Origin: Puccinia triticina
Taxonomy: Eukaryota
Length of the DNA: 64,000 nucleotides
NCBI GenBank assembly: GCA_026914245.1
Contig: CP110439.1
Coordinates: 3,286,001 to 3,350,000, forward strand
Direction: 5' to 3'
Below, piece after piece: positions 25,910 through 37,309 of the stretch. A program made the translations under genes and the position numbers. The notes below the pieces were generated by a model. That model was not told the origin of the DNA. It saw nothing but the letters and a program-made list of their open reading frames with translations, and made no database searches. Within the stretch, counting starts at the first letter, position 1. Each line of letters starts with the position of its first letter.

Positions 25910-27813
25910 TCACAGAATGATGCTTTGAAGGTTTCGCGTGATGATTATGCTTGATGCGTTGATGAAGGGGGATTTCAAATCAAATACGTTTTATCAGATT
26001 GGTAGGAGCGAGCAGACGGAGATCATCAATGGAGCACTCACTCTGTCACCGAAGCCATCACCACTCGCATCAGGGACGTGTCAGTCGCACATGTATACTA
26101 TCACCACACAGACGAAAAGCTCCATTCGGTTAATGACATGGGTTGTGAAGTGTGGGCGAGGAGCGATGGGGGCTTACATGGGTGTAGATCTCTTTCTTCG
26201 TAGATCGATTCAGCCGGACAAACCGATCCTTGAAATACGATCGAGCAGCTTCGTAATCAGTATCATCACCTTGGTAATCTGTGCGAGTTCAGGTTTGATG
26301 GACAGAGAATGGAGGTAAAACGATGGTGAGTCTTGCGCTGAACGTCATATTGAGCAGTATTTGTGGAGCTTTTTCGTACCCGGAAAGTGTTTTGAAATGG
26401 GCGAGTAGCAAAGTTTCTGCTTGAACAAATCAGTCTTGTTCAAGACTGTACCGAAATGGGAGATTTTTGAAAAACAAAAAAACGTAAGTTTGCAATCAAA
26501 GCATATTTGAAGGATAGGAACTCAACAGAGGATCATAGAAGTTTGAGTAAACCACTGTGAATTTGTGATGGTGTCGAATAGCATCAGCGCTTCTTGCATC
26601 TGGTTAGCATCACCGTCCTCGAGCAGTCGGGCATCGTAACCAGAGATGGCGACCAGAAACAAGACGGCAGTGACGCCCTCGAAGCAATGAATCCATTTTT
26701 TACGTTCACTCCTCTGTCCTCCCACGTCAAACATTCTGTAAGATTATGTTGGCTCATGTCAGTCACCGTGATCAGAAAAATGGAAATGTTGGGGTCGGGA
26801 CAGACCGATAGGTCAGCTCGGACACGTTGAACGCCGTTTCTGTGATTCCGGTTGTTTTTCCTCGACAGTGTAGGATATCTAGATCTGTGGGGACATATGA
26901 AGGATGGAATAGCCTGTCCAATTCAGGAAAAAAACTGTAGGGCACAGCACAGTCATGAGTGGGTCACTTCAGCAAGCTATAGAGTCCAGAGATTATGTGC
27001 TCAACTAGTTCATGCTGCATGCGAGATAGGAGGGAGAAGTCAATGAATATGTTCCCAACATGATGGTTTGTCATGTGTTCTTCGTGGACGGATGTGTGGC
27101 AGACGCACTTTTCGGGCAGAGCCCATTCGTTTCCCGAGTCCATCGCTTTCCTGATCCCTCCATCGACCCAGAAAAGACTGAGTGGTTCGAGGTATTCGAT
27201 AGGAAACGGTTGTCGGGGTTCGAGATCTACGTAATGGTTGAACATGGGTACGAATCTCTGGAAAAAAAAGGGGGGAAAGTGATGGTTTTTAGTTGATGTC
27301 CGCTGGTTCGAGATCGGATGGAGGCTGTGTGGGAGACGGACCATGAGATCGGCGTTTTCTAGCTCGATTTCTTCCTTGCTCATCACTTCAAGACATAAGC
27401 GCATGCCCTCGCAGATGTTCATGAACACCTAAGCTCAGCCGCAAAGATGTGTGTGTGACTGGGTGAGTATATATTAGTTGAGTGGGGGGTTGGAGACGAA
27501 CCTGCTGGCGATAGTGTTCCTTCTGGGAAGAAGTGAATCCGCCGCGGTTGTGGACGATTTGCATCTGTTTGAGGACGGTGGTCTTGCCTGACCTGGGATT
27601 GGTGATGAGGGGAAGGAAGCAGGTGAGTGATGTGGAGAGGTTGAGGTTGGATGGGAGTGTGACTGACTCTCCAGCGCCGAGGAGGAGGATCTTGACCTCC
27701 TTGGTCATCTGTTTCTCATCTTCCTTGAGTGTCTTGTCGATGATCTTTGAAGCCTTGACTTGCTGAAGATGTTCTGGGTCGGAGTTGAAGACGCTCGAGT
27801 AGCAGTTTCCCAT
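25910..27813 (-). CDS. Heterotrimeric G-protein alpha subunit (fungal group II-like), multi-exon
   Basis: N-terminus MGNC (myristoylation/palmitoylation type). Motifs [48 protein letters not shown] and YTCATDT. C-terminus [12 protein letters not shown]. Exons join through GT-AG introns, including a 9-nt microexon at 27006-27014. Confidence 0.95.
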
Positions 27814-28918
27814 TGATAGGGAGTTCTTGCGGTTTGCGTGGTGTGGTGTTGTTCTGGGTGGGTGGGTGGTCAAGAAGAAGAGAAGCGTGAGGGAGGGAAT
27901 CAGGCAAAGGCCGCGTGTGGGGAAAATAAATAAATGAAGTGAATAGTTGCTCGTGCTTTTCGTTGGTTGGTTGGTTGGTGGGATGTTTTTTGTTTTTTTT
28001 TAATCGTTTTGTTTTGTTTTGGTCGACTATGTATTAGTTTTGTTCAGTCTGCATGGGTTTGGGGGGAGATCCTTCCAGGCACAGCACACTCTGCAGATGA
28101 TTAATGTGATGCGCACAAGCTGGCTGCCATGAGCTGGTCGAGTGGGATTGGGCGCAGTGGGAGTGTGCCGGTCAAGTGGGGCGTGGGGCCTGCGACTCCC
28201 CCGTTCGCCGATTCCCATTCCCACTCCCACCAACCGCCCAGACGCACCCAGCCCAGCGGCTGAACACAAAAACCCATCAGACACGTCTCATCAGCAAGCC
28301 AATCACACCCATACAGCCCTCCAGACCCACCATCCCACTCTGGAACACTCACTTCAAAAATCTGTATCGCGCTTCCTCAAAATTCCGATCGGCAGCTACG
28401 TAAAATGCCCAAACTTGCATCCATCATACACTAGGGTTTAAGGGCGGCGGAAAGAATCTCTTAAGAGTACATTCGGGCATGCGCTGGACCAGGCCCTGTG
28501 GAGGGGATCCAAGTCCCTCCTTCGGGAGCGTCCATTAGTGCCAGCCACTGCCATCCAGGTACAGTAACATATGTATGCACCAGCCTCTCCGAACACGGGG
28601 ACTGGTGTCAAGTTGCGCCTGGCGGCCTGCTGAAATTTGCTCCAGCCCAGCCAAATTGGGCAATTTCAGATGCTGTAATTAGCAGGTGCCCTGATGGTTT
28701 ATGAGGGGTGGGTTCATTGGGCAAGGTGGGCGAATCTGCTGGACCCCAAAACCCCAGTCAACTGTATAAAAAGGTTGCTGCAACTCACCAGTCACCAGGA
28801 TCGTACATATTTATTCCTTTGTACGCATCCCCTTCCGACCATCCAATTCAACTGCTCACAAGAAGACTGACTCCATCCAATATTTTCCTTGACGAAGATT
28901 CCATTTCCAGCCACAAAC

Positions 28919-29818
28919 ATGGCAACTTGGCTTGTACAAACGACCAGCTTACCACAGCAAAGCTCCAACCCCTCAACCCCGCAGGATCTCATTAAACACC
29001 ATGTGTTTATAGCAGAGATGACTGCCCTCCAACAGCTCAGTAAGTGTCTCATCTTGGCCAGTTCAATTACATTGCTCTAACATGTATTCTCTGCCAGATG
29101 ATCAAGCAGACCGTCAGCTTGACACTCAGCTTGCAAAGGCAATCGTCGAAAGGCACAAGATTGTCCGTGAGCTCATTAGGCCTGAGGGCTCAGACAGTAA
29201 GTTTATTGCTTTTTTTTGGTTTGTCCGATATGTGTGGCATTCAACTAACTTTTCATTGCCATCAATATAGTTCGTGACTTGTTGAGAGAGTGGAAGGACG
29301 AGTTCGCTGAACAATTAGAGGAAAATCTCACAAAGTTTAGATCAGAGCTCGGGGTCATTCAAGATCAACAAGATCAAGAAACCCACAAGATCAAGAAACT
29401 CCTTGAGGAGCTCACCGAGAAGGTCGAGGGGGTAACTGAGAAGCTAGAGGAGTTGGATGAGTATACAGTCAAAAGCTTTGATCATGTTTTTGCCGAATTG
29501 GAGATTGTCTCACCGACTTCAGCTCTAGGTCAAGAAAAAGAAAGAGAGGGTATCAAAGGTAACAGAGATGCCTTTTTTCCCAAACAAACAACAGATTACT
29601 GGTGGGCGACGTCATCGGACCATATTCGGAGAAAGCCTATCCTACCACCCGGCCCGACTGGGCTAGCGATTAACATGATTAGTCTGAGTCTCCAGACATT
29701 TGGCAGGCATGGTTGTTGGACGATGTGTTGCAGGAGTCATGAGATTGAATCGTACGTCCAAAAATCTATGGCTTACTGCTTTGGATGGGCGCTGATCGGA
29801 CGATTAAGTTTCCTGTAA
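28919..29818 (+). CDS. Hypothetical coiled-coil protein, 3 exons (28919-29039, 29098-29196, 29271-29818); its C-terminus runs into MFS-derived sequence
   Basis: TATAAAA at ~28765. Two GTAAGT...AG introns with CTAAC branch sites join the three ORFs in frame. Heptad-rich E/K/L segment. Confidence 0.6.
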
Positions 29819-31110
29819 TTTACAGGAAACTTGCCCGGCCCAGCACTGATCCCGAATCCCCGATGAGCAATTTAATTAGACCAGCTTCGCCGGGTCACCG
29901 AGGAATATTCATTGACCCTCCCCTCGCTGTCTTCGTACATTGTCCGGTTGGAATAATCCTAGGCCCTTTGATCGGCGGGTATTTGGCCAAGGCTGCGAGC
30001 CAATATCCTGAAATCTCCGGAAACATCCAGTTCTTGGTTGACTATCCCTGTTTCTAACCCTGCTTCATTGCCGGGATGATGAATCTTTCAGCGGTGACCA
30101 TAGGCTTCTTCTATTTGAATGAGGTGTGTCGAAACTTTCCCGAGGTCTAATCACTACAAAGCACTTCCATAAACACGACGACTGACCTATTTATGCGACC
30201 TGACGAACACTCGCCTCGAAATAAAACGCTCGGAATCTACCGCTGAGCCACGCACGAAAGTGATGAAGTCGAGGAACTCGGCGGCTCGGAGCCCGGCGAG
30301 AGTCTTGCCAAGCCGAAACCAAAATTTTCAGCGATATTCAGCCTACGTGGTTATCAGTGTTCTCCTCGGCTCCCTCTGGGTGTTTTTCCAGATGTCTTCC
30401 TTGGCTACTCTGATTCTACTCTTTGCCTACACTCGTAAGTTGCTCAAATCCAGAGAGGCAATCATTCTAGGCCGCAACTCGTAGTTTGCTTTTTTCTGTT
30501 ATTGCTTAGGGTTTGAGGATGGTGGACTTGGGCTTAATTGACGACAACTGGGCAGGTGCAAAACGGGCAAGCAGAGCATGAAGAGGGACGAGGGCTGAAG
30601 CAAGATGTGCTGCCCATGGCAAAAGAGCAGAGAGGCCTATGGAGTTGATGCTGGCTCTTAGGTGGCTATGGTCGGCTTACTCTTCGTCTTGGCTATCAAA
30701 AGCTTCGGTAAAATGTCGCTCGGTATGTCTTGCATTTATTCATTTGTCAGATCCATGTTGGCTGACCTCCAGTACCTTTATTCGAATATTCTCCCTTGAA
30801 AACGCATATCATTTGGAACAAGATCTGGCAAACTCTGCCGCCCTCCACATTCGGTGCTCTGAATGGCCTGGCTCAAGTAAACAGTTTCCCTTTTTCTCTC
30901 TGTGACGAGCGCTTGGCCGAACCCATCTTCCCCTCTTCTCTTTCCCGCCCTTCTTCTCGCACAAGTCGTTCTCAGGCTTGGACGTTTGGCCCGTTCATCA
31001 CCAAAACGCTCGTATCGATCAGCATCAAGGAACAGTACCTGGACGGAAACTTGATCTGGCTATGTCAATGTGGATTCCTGGTAAGCATTCAACTTCCCTG
31101 GAGAACCAAG
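29590..31110 (+). pseudogene. Degraded MFS (DHA1/drug:H+ antiporter-like) transporter gene
   Basis: Fragments WATSSDHIRRKPIL (MFS motif A-like), GIILGPLIGGYLAKAASQYP..FLVDYPCF*PCFIAG..GFFYLNE and LPPSTFGALNGLAQ, with stops and frameshifts. Confidence 0.7.
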
Positions 31111-32272
31111 ACTCTCTTTGGACAACTGAATTGCAATGAAGAAAAGAAAAGGTAATTAAGGAACTTATCACGGGGACAGGTTGTAAATTTCCCGCTCCAG
31201 TTGTCTTACTTGACTCTCTTTGCTCAGATGATTAGAATCCAACCCACCCAGGTCAGGAAAACAAAGCTTCGCCCAAGGCCCATCAACGTACTGACAGAGA
31301 TCATCCAGAAGATTGAATCAGATCAAACGGCAGATTGAAGAACTTTCAGCCAACTTGGCTGTCCAACCTTCCTTCCTGTTAGGGGGGTGTTGCTGGATTT
31401 GGAATGCGCCTCCTACCAAGAATTGAGAGGGCAAGAAACTGTTCAACCCCTACCTGCTTCCTCTTCTCAATTGCAAGTCGCTCCGGAGCACGCGCACAAA
31501 CTGGCAACACGATCGTCTACATCTGTTGCGCGAGCCCAACCTAAGCCCTTCTTGATCCAATTCTTGTCCGCCGAGTACCCGCCACTCGACCCTTTCAGCA
31601 TCCGTCCCGGCTGCACGCGCCGCCGCTCATTTGGCCAGCTCGTCCTGAAAATCAAAGGCCGCCAAATCGCTAAATACTTTGCTGAAGATCTTCTATCCGG
31701 CCTTCTGTCTCATTAATCTGGCTAGAGTTTCATCTCGCTCTTGTTATCTTCTTGTTGTTGCATCAATCATCATAGGAGCGCCCTCCTTGTCAATATTCAT
31801 CATTTTACTATAAGTATTCTTCTCCCTATCGCTTATCTCCTCTGATACCCTCTGCTTATTATTACTTCTCACCTTACACTTTCTTGTTTATTTTCCTGGA
31901 AGTGTGTCTGAGAAATTCATCCATTTGGCTGTAGTTCCTCGCCTGGTACTTGCCCCGGACTACTGCGGCGCGGTGTCCGCGGCAAGTGCGGGAAGTGAGG
32001 CAGAAAGGGGTTTCCCATTTTCTTGCCTCAACCAAATGAGCTCTTCCATTTTGGCAACAAAGCAAAGAAGGTGTACACCACGGACGCAAAAGATCGAAAG
32101 CCTTCCAAAGTTCAATTGAAAGATGTTTGAACTCCCCGCCAGCAAGAGGGGACGTCGCCAACTTTGTCAAACTGGTTGACCAAGTGAGTTCAAACTGAGG
32201 TTTTGAAGTCCTTTCGAAGGCCCTTTGTATATAATTCAAAGTACCCGTTGTGGTGATCAGTTCTGGAACTTG

Positions 32273-33085
32273 TGTCAAATGGTCCACGGAGCAATCGCTG
32301 CGGCGCACAGGCGGTGCGGAAACGGTGCAGAAACGGTGCGGAACGGAGCGGAGCGGAGCGCACAACTGAAGGCAGCGGCGCGCGGAGCTCGACGGCGGAA
32401 CTGGACTCAGACTAAGCAGGCCAGCGCGGACTGGATAGCGGAGGTGGTGATTGGGGGAAGCCGTGGCAGCCAGAAGGGCGGCGTGTGGGATCCTGACATC
32501 ATAGGCTAGACAGGAGCGTGGAAGCTAGAGAGAGGAGTTTGACGGCGGTCGAAGGCAAGCGGCAGAGACGACAGGTGTTGGCGTGAGAGCGGAGCTTGGC
32601 GGATGACGTACGTGTGTGTATAGCGCCTGACGGATGACGAGTGTGCGTGTGTGAATGGAGTTAGCGGATGGCGTGCGTGGGAGGCGGGCAGAGGATATCT
32701 TTTAGTTCTCTTCCTTTTCTCTATAAAACCACGGTGGGGGAGGAAGGATCTGGGGGGATCATACTCCCCACAGACTCTCTTTTACGGTTTTTTACTTTAC
32801 TTTGCGGATTGTTGTGCTTCTTTTACTTTGCGTACGTTGCGGACTTGCTTTACATGTTACCATTGTGCTTGCTTTACGGCTGTTTTCTTGCGGTTGTTGC
32901 GGAGTTATCTTCTTTATGCGGCGGAGCTTTATTTTACTGTTTACTTTGTGGAGCTGGATTATTTTACGTTTTTTACTTTATTTACCCCACTCAGAGCCCT
33001 ACAACACGGTGGAACTGTGGAGCGGAGTTTCTCCAGATCACCTGACTTTACCTGGGAATCATCTTGGAGCGGCGGGGTCCTGACA
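32273..33085 (+). mobile_element. Probable LTR remnant (TGTCA...TGACA)
   Basis: TGTCA start and GGGGTCCTGACA end, TATAAAA at ~32722, and a T-rich repeated TTTTACTTT tract. No matching TSD, so the boundaries are tentative. An adjacent - strand ...TGACA-AAGT-TGGCGAC (LTR end + PBS-like) lies at ~32150-32170. Confidence 0.4.
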
Positions 33086-33497
33086 TTTCTACGCAGTGTC
33101 CACTTTCGTTCATCACACCGTGACATTGAATATTGTTTGGGTGGAGACTTTGAATACAACATGAAGTTTCTTCAAATAATAATGGAATAACCTTCAAATA
33201 TAATTTGAACTCCGCTGAGTTCAAATTATAATTGAAGGTTGACTTCGGGATACCATGGGATTTTAATCAAAGCAAACTCAATTGAAATTTGAACGTACCT
33301 CGGAGAGTACTCAATGTTTGAAATGAAATCAATATGTCTGGGATGCAGACCCGGGGAATTGATCCCTTGTACCCGCCCCACACCCCCCCTAGCAATTTCC
33401 TTGTTCTGCTCGCCAGGGTTCAAATGGCTCAGAGCCCCACAAGGGGCACTCATTTTGTGTACATAGGATTGTAATATCATTGCTTATTGTGTATAAT

Positions 33498-33615
33498 CTT
33501 GTGTATCTGGGAGGTAGGTGTAGCAAACTAACAAGATAATAAACAGTGGGGGGGAGACTTGTGTATCTGGGAGGTAGGTCTAGCAAACTAACTAGATAAT
33601 AAACTGGGGGGGGGA
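33498..33615. repeat. 60-bp tandem duplication
   Basis: CTTGTGTATCTGGGAGGTAGGT.TAGCAAACTAAC.AGATAATAAAC..GGGGGG occurs twice with period 60. Confidence 0.85.
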
Positions 33616-34332
33616 GGAGGCATATGGATTGGAGGAGAGAGATAGATGTAGGGAGAGAGAGAGAGAAAGAGGGAGGGGGAGGAAGGAGCGGATAAGTGAC
33701 ACTAGTTTGGTGGTCCAAGTTCAATCTTGACCTCAGGCGTATTTTGGGCTTGGAGAATAGATTGCGCACGCGCCTCGACCTCTTCTTCAGATGGAGGTTG
33801 TTGATCTGTTGGTTCATGACTCCGGATGGTTTTCACATCATCCCAGAGTCGCTTGTCAATGTCAAAAACTAGCTTAGCATAAGCGGTACCATACCATGGG
33901 GACTTCCTCCTTAATGAGGCAAGGTCCTTGTCAATGTCATCCCAGAATGACACTTGCTTCGACTCGTTCTTGTTGCGCAGGTTGACCATGAAGCGGATGT
34001 AGCACATCCTTACCTTGGCCCCTGAGGTAATTCACTTGTCCGAGTGAATCTGCTTCGCACCGTGTTTTTTGAACGTCGGATGGAACAAGGAGTAGATGTT
34101 GGCGATGCAAGTCCAAAGGGATGGTACCTTGTCCAATCCTTTTCCCGTCATGCCGGCCTTGAGCAAACTAGCCAGAATCGACTTCTGCTCTTTGATACAT
34201 TTGGAAACAAGGGTGTCGAAGTGCTCCTTGGCTGCGCCTTTGTTGTAGTTGGGCGGTAGATGAGTCGCACAGAATTCTGGGGGTTCCTTTGTAATGGCAG
34301 CCTGGCAACACCCAATATCAGTTTGTTATCGG

Positions 34333-35332
34333 CAGGGCATAGCACGGTGGTATTTGACGCGTTTTTTGGGCCCCTTGAATACTGATTTGTCGAATATTCA
34401 AGTATTCGGAGATATTTGACGGAAAAACTCCAAAATACATTAAAAACACCAAAAAATTACATTTTTTGTGTTTTTGACTTATTTTGGCCCATTTCTGGGC
34501 CATATAATTTTGAGGAGGTCATCCTTCGAACATATAATGGTTTCAAAGGCGCTTATAATATTGCCAGAGGCATATCTCATAATGGCGGACGCACTATTCA
34601 GAGTGCCGGACGCACTTTTCATAGTGGCGGGCGCACTTTTGATAGTGGTGGACTCACTATTCAGAGTTCTGGACACACTTTTGATAGTGCCGGACGCACT
34701 TTTGATAGTGCCGGATGCACTTTTGATAGTGCCAGATGCACTTTTGATAGTGCCGGACGCACTCTTCATAGTGGCGGATGCACTTTTCATAGTGGCGGAC
34801 ACACTGTTGATAGTGGCGGAATCACTGCCGGATGCACTTTTGATAGTGCCGGACGCACTCTTCATAGTGGCGGACGCACTTTTCACAGTGACGGACACAA
34901 TTTTGATAGTGGCGGACTCACTATTCAGAGTGCTGGACACACTTTGGATAGTGGCGGACTCACTTTTCATAGTGGCAGACACACTTTTCAAAGTGGTGGA
35001 CGCACTTTTCAAAGTGGCGGACGCACTTTTCAACGTGGCGGACGCACTTTGCATAGTGGCAGACACAACTATTGTAGTGGCGGACACACTTTTCAAAGTG
35101 CCAGAGGCAGATTTTTTTTGTGTTGCATCAAAGGGGCTGGTATAGGGCCTGTGCAAACTCATCTGGGGCCTTTGGGCCCCAGAGAAGCTTGCATTGGCCC
35201 TCTACGCGCCCCTTTGAGCCATTATTTGAATTTTTTCAAATATTCGAGCTTAAATTTGCCCAGGCATTATTTGACTCGAATTGAATTCAAATACAAATAC
35301 TCAAACGTTCCGATTCGATGTGCTATGCCCTG
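34333..35332. mobile_element. Non-autonomous hAT element, 1000 bp, carrying a 21-bp minisatellite
   Basis: 13-bp TIR CAGGGCATAGCAC / GTGCTATGCCCTG. 8-bp TSD GTTATCGG at 34325-34332 and 35333-35340. Confidence 0.92.
34578..35105. repeat. 21-bp minisatellite (consensus ~TTTTCATAGTGGCGGACGCAC), about 25 units
   Basis: Direct reading. It produces the heptapeptide-repeat ORFs (SGGRTFH / IVADALF / KSASATM). Confidence 0.95.
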
Positions 35333-36407
35333 GTTATCGGAGCAGGCTGAGGCAGGAAGAGATTTGCATACCGTGACACAATTGAAAGGTGTGTCTGAGA
35401 CCTTCAAGCAATGTGACGCCCGGCTGCCATAGGACTGAAGGTCCTCTTGAAGGAGGAATTCTCAAACAGTGTTTTGGAGGTAAGACTTGAACTGTGTACT
35501 ATACCCCTGCGTGGGGTCGGGCGTGGACTGGGGCGGAGTCGGGTCAGCAATGGTCATCAGCAACGGCTGCGGAGGAGGGGGCCCCCGGTGGAGTGCCAGC
35601 AGCAAGATGGCCAGTGTGCGTTCCTCTGCGGACATCTACAATGAATATGGAGTTAGTTCTTGTAACCCCAGCGGATAAGCTGGAATCTCACCTGGATTAG
35701 GGGCTGTGCACGTTGGATCAAGTCGGGGCTGAGGGTGAAGGTGCTCTCGATTGTTTGGAGGGCGTTCCCAATCAACTCAAGGTTGTCCGGGCGGACTCCA
35801 ACAGAGCCCGTAACACTCGATTGGGAAGAACGGCTAAGGGCCGGACTGGTACTAGGGGAGCTGTAGTTTATGCCGGGGTTGGCTCCAGGCATACCAGGAC
35901 TGGGATGCGGGGCGTATGGGGAGGGTGGTGGACCCATTCAGGTATATCCTGCGTTTGGTGCGGCCCAGCTTGGCTCAGGCAAGATGAAACGGCTGGGGTA
36001 GGGGGGTGTTAGGGAATAGGCTTACAGGAAGACGGGGGCACAAAACACTGCCCTTGGCGCCAAGGAATCACTCACCAGGGTCAATTGGAGCTTGAGCAAG
36101 GCCCAGAGATCCGATTCCCCGATCCCCAAGGGCTCGCATGCCCTGATCAGGCTTGTTGCTGAGTTGGATCCCCTCGTGCCCTTGGCCTTGATGTTCAGGG
36201 TGCGCCATTGGGTGGGGACCGGTGTTGTATCCGTGTGAGTCCAAGCAAGGCCCATGTGGAGACATGTTGGAGTAGTTGTACTGCCCATGATTGAGTCGTC
36301 CGTGGTTTGCAAGGTGAGGATTTAACTGCTGGCCCCGGGGCACTGTTGGATCGGCAGCCAACGGATTGGGGTTGCTGTTGAGCTGATCCCATGTGGGGTG
36401 CCCGCTG

Positions 36408-36622
36408 TGTTGAGTTGTCTGTTAGTCTGCTACCATGATGTATCACCACAGTATGGAGGGCTGTCGGATTGACCCATGAGCACTACCAACCAACCACCCA
36501 GCTGGCAGCCACAAGCGTCTGTAGCCTAGTTGGTAAAGGCAGCACTCTAGTATGTGTCTCAGCATAGCTGAGGTCGTGAGTTCAACTCTCACCAGACACG
36601 TCTTCATTTTACAGTCTCTACA
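36408..36622. mobile_element. 215-bp solo-LTR-like element containing a tRNA-like gene (copy 1)
   Basis: Termini TGTTGAG...CTCTACA. 5-bp TSD CGCTG (36403-36407 / 36623-36627). Near-identical inverted copy at 39498-42896. Confidence 0.9.
36515..36600 (+). tRNA. tRNA-Thr(AGT)-like sequence embedded in the LTR; probably a non-translating Pol III unit
   Basis: Acceptor GCGTCTG/CAGACAC and D arm GCCT-AGTTGGTAA-AGGC (box A). CT-AGT-A sits at positions 32-37 in an imperfect anticodon arm. Extra hairpin CTCAGC-ATA-GCTGAG. T arm GTGAG-TTCAACT-CTCAC (box B). TTTT lies 6 nt downstream. Confidence 0.7.
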
Positions 36623-37309
36623 CGCTGAGGGGCTGCGACATGTCTTGGCGATCTTCCTAAAGTGTTTTGGGAGACCAGGAGTGATAAAATTGTTGGGGTA
36701 AGTCGTATCAGGGCCATTCAGATATGGGATAGTGGGATAGGGGACTTACGGGTGATGATTGATTGGTTTCAGATGTTCCAAGGGCAATATTGAAACTGGT
36801 GGGATTGGTGGGATGATGTTTGCAATCTTCTTGGTTGGCAAAGAGCAAAGATCAAGACAAAAGTGCTTCAATCAAGACGTGGCCAAATACTCACCAAAGA
36901 CAAACGCGAGCTCATGTTGCACGTAAAGGCCCGGTGACCTCTGATATAATTTGACTTTCCAAACAAGCCGGACTTCTGCCCGAGTCGGAGAAAAACCTGG
37001 ACATTTGCTGCGGACTAGGCTGCAGTGTGGGCCCAATCTGCCTGCGCGCGGAGCCAAATCCTGCCCTCCGTGCAGTCTCTTTTGAAAACCTTCAACCTGC
37101 TGAAGCACTTTTTGGCAGATTTATACCCTCATTCTATCCAATCAAATTCTGCAAGAAGGTCTCAATCAAATAAATATCTTCAAAAGCATCAAATTCAATC
37201 TAGCAAAAAGCCTCCCTCCCTACTTTCATAATTATCCAGCCATTCAAGGTCTTCAAGGATTACAAAATACAAACATAGTGACCGGGGCCAATCCTCCCTG
37301 CCTGCTGCT

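Larger units (their letters stand above)
33702..36400 (-). pseudogene. Spliced hypothetical gene (probably the accessory gene of a large DNA transposon), with in-frame TGA stops and insertions
   Basis: Reading frame KSYLQNTV*EFLLQEDLQSYG..CVT / AAITKEPPEFCATHLPPNY..SDK*ITSGAKVRMCYIRFMVNL..SFWDDIDKDLASLRRK. Intron GTATGC(35371)...CAG(34302) contains the hAT MITE. The 5' boundary is approximate. Confidence 0.6.

Noticed and set aside
34416..35432. 338-aa, 225-aa and 227-aa repeat proteins as host genes
   Set aside because: They result from a 21-bp minisatellite inside a TSD-flanked MITE located in an intron.
36515..36600. Amber-suppressor (CTA) or selenocysteine tRNA
   Set aside because: The CTA register needs a base shared between the D and anticodon stems and leaves a mismatch. 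There is no TCA anticodon in the loop position. Standard numbering gives AGT.
36408..36622. Ordinary tRNA-derived SINE
   Set aside because: The tRNA is internal with 107 nt of shared upstream sequence, there is no simple-repeat tail, and the ends are fixed TG..CA with 5-bp TSDs.
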